Made by a program: the position numbers and the translations under genes
Notes under the pieces: model-generated
What the model was told of the DNA's origin: nothing
The model's input: the letters and a program-made list of their open reading frames with translations, nothing else
Database searches by the model: none
Assembly: GCA_016287245.1 (NCBI GenBank)
Contig: JAEEWG010000001.1
Location: forward strand, 335,761-359,760
Reading direction: 5' to 3'
DNA from: Clostridia bacterium
Lineage (GTDB): Bacteria > Bacillota > Clostridia > Saccharofermentanales > Saccharofermentanaceae
DNA length: 24,000 nucleotides
Part shown: positions 22,512 to 24,000 of the stretch, in pieces
Layout: each line of letters opens with the position of its first letter
Position numbering within the stretch: position 1 is the first letter of the stretch

Positions 22512-24000
22512 TTATTTCAGTTTTTCTGCGACTTCCGTAAGAAGTTCACTGTTATATTTCAGGAAGCGCTTTAAGCCCTCGGCATCGAGAGAACCGTGCG
22601 CCAGACGGGCCTGATCGTAAAGATGCTGGCAGAGGCCATCGAGCTTTTCCTTATCGTCTGCGACCGAAGCCATGCCGCGGAGACGCAGCACGAGCGGATG
22701 GTCGGTATTTAATACCAGATCTTTCTTGATCGGAAACATGTCATCGAGGTTCTTGTACGGATCGTCTTCTTTTCCCGTACGGAGTGCTTCGAACTGCTTT
22801 CTCATCTCAGCCATACGACGGGCTTCCTCCGTCTCACGGATGAAGGCCGGGAGCTGGTCGGCACCGAGAGCTACTGCAGAAACTTCGAGCTTATCGTCAT
22901 TCGTCGCCGCCTTAAAGAGCTCGCCGAGTGCTTTGACTTCATCCTCCGAAGCCGTCTCTCCTTCGAGCTCGGCATCGACACGCTTAAACTTCACATCGCT
23001 CATCTTGTACTCGAGGAAGGAGATGAAGTTATTGTCGAGTTCCTCATTTAAGATCACGACATCAAAGCCTTTTTCCTTCGCCATAGCGATATAGGCAGCC
23101 TGCTGGTCCGGAGCCTTTGTATAGCGGATCGTATCTTTTTCCTTCGCCTTAGTCAGTTCTTCGATCGTGAAGAATTCGTTATCTACGCTCTTAAAGAGGC
23201 AGATGTCCTTGACCTTCTCATAGAACTTCTCGTCCTTCATCATGCCGTATTTGACGAAGATGCTGATATCGGACCAGTAGCCTTCAAAGGCCTTTCGGTC
23301 ATTCTTAAATACTTCATTCAGCTTGTCGGAAACTTTTCTTATGATGTGGGAAGCAAGCTTTTTAACGTATTCGTCCTGCTGAAGAGCCGAACGGGAAACA
23401 TTCAGCGGAAGATCTGTGCAGTCGAGGCATCCGCGGAGCAGGAACAGGAATTCCGGGATGACTTCTTCAATGTTATCCGCAACGAATACCTGATGGTTAT
23501 AGATCTTGATGCGTCCCTCCAGCGTCTCGTAGACGTTATTCGTCTTCGGGAAATAAAGGATACCCTGAAGATTGAAAGGATAATCCATATTGAGGTGGAT
23601 CCAGAACAGCGGTTCTTTCATATCATGGAAAACTGTTCTATAGAAGTTTTTATACTCTTCCTCTGTGCAGTCCTTCGGGGACTTCTTCCAGAGCGGCTCT
23701 GTATCGTTGATCGGCATGACCTCATGATCGTGCTCCTTATACTCCTCGCCCTTCTCTTCGGCTTCCTTTCTCTTCTTCTCCTCTTCCGCCTCATGCTTTC
23801 TGTCGGCTTCAAGGTCGTTATAGTAAAGATCGAAAGGCATGAAGGAGCAGTACTTTTTCAGGACTCCGCGGATCTTGGAAGCATCGAAGATCTTCTTTGC
23901 TTCCTCGGAAAGCGTGAGCGTAATGGTGGTTCCTCGTTCTTTTCTATCGGAATCCGAGATCTCATAATCCATACCGTCCTCGGAGACCCAGGAAACCGCC
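22512..24000 (-). CDS. htpG: Molecular chaperone HtpG (Hsp90), middle and C-terminal domains; 5' end off the window
   Basis: ORF-track protein with KKYCSFMPFDLYYN, PINDTEPLWKK, YKNFYRTVFHD, LFWIHLNMDYPFNLQGILYFP, IKIYNHQVFVAD and LPLNVSRSALQQD, which are canonical Hsp90/HtpG blocks. The frame stays open upstream of the listed Met (…AVSWVSEDGMDYEI), so the gene continues past 24000. Confidence 0.95.
   Translation of the reverse strand, partial: AVSWVSEDGMDYEISDSDRKERGTTITLTLSEEAKKIFDASKIRGVLKKYCSFMPFDLYYNDLEADRKHEAEEEKKRKEAEEKGEEYKEHDHEVMPINDTEPLWKKSPKDCTEEEYKNFYRTVFHDMKEPLFWIHLNMDYPFNLQGILYFPKTNNVYETLEGRIKIYNHQVFVADNIEEVIPEFLFLLRGCLDCTDLPLNVSRSALQQDEYVKKLASHIIRKVSDKLNEVFKNDRKAFEGYWSDISIFVKYGMMKDEKFYEKVKDICLFKSVDNEFFTIEELTKAKEKDTIRYTKAPDQQAAYIAMAKEKGFDVVILNEELDNNFISFLEYKMSDVKFKRVDAELEGETASEDEVKALGELFKAATNDDKLEVSAVALGADQLPAFIRETEEARRMAEMRKQFEALRTGKEDDPYKNLDDMFPIKKDLVLNTDHPLVLRLRGMASVADDKEKLDGLCQHLYDQARLAHGSLDAEGLKRFLKYNSELLTEVAEKLK

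Noticed and set aside
1-24000. Searched by eye for CRISPR repeats, IS or transposase, integrase or recombinase genes, tRNA/rRNA genes, toxin-antitoxin pairs and known defence-system genes
   Set aside because: None was found. All sizeable ORFs are accounted for by housekeeping or envelope genes, intergenic spacers are 120 nt or less, and no direct-repeat/spacer periodicity is present.

Overview
This looks like a core chromosomal segment of a Firmicute. The proteins have a Clostridia/Lachnospiraceae flavour, but the taxon is inference only. I call 21 protein-coding genes, 19 on the minus strand, packed tightly with several overlapping stop/start junctions. In minus-strand transcription order they are: htpG (5' end off window), single-chain purL, rsmA/ksgA, a zapA-like gene, a long U32/DUF3656 protein, dut, a corA-family gene, a membrane alpha/beta-hydrolase-fold protein, tsaD and smpB, then a terminator. 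Next come a VanZ-family gene and a 120-aa unknown, then a bidirectional terminator. An LCP (LytR-CpsA-Psr) gene is tightly coupled to a PP2C-like/TM/SH3b protein. The last minus-strand block is pdp, then a LexA-box promoter driving ruvC-ruvA-ruvB-queH (3' end off window). The two plus-strand genes are a Gfo/Idh/MocA oxidoreductase and a DUF3048 lipoprotein. I saw no rRNA, tRNA, CRISPR array, transposase, integrase or recognisable defence genes. The least ordinary part is the envelope-related region at 5.3-10.8 kb, mainly the LCP gene coupled to a membrane protein whose PP2C-like domain seems to have lost every metal-binding Asp and which carries an external SH3b domain and a T/S/E/P-rich tail. 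Other points worth a second look are an alpha/beta-hydrolase lacking the Ser and His of the triad, a CorA homologue with GQN in place of GMN, a perfect GAAC-N4-GTTC box on the ruvC promoter, and a high GATC density. All homology statements come from reading the translations by eye, with no searches run.
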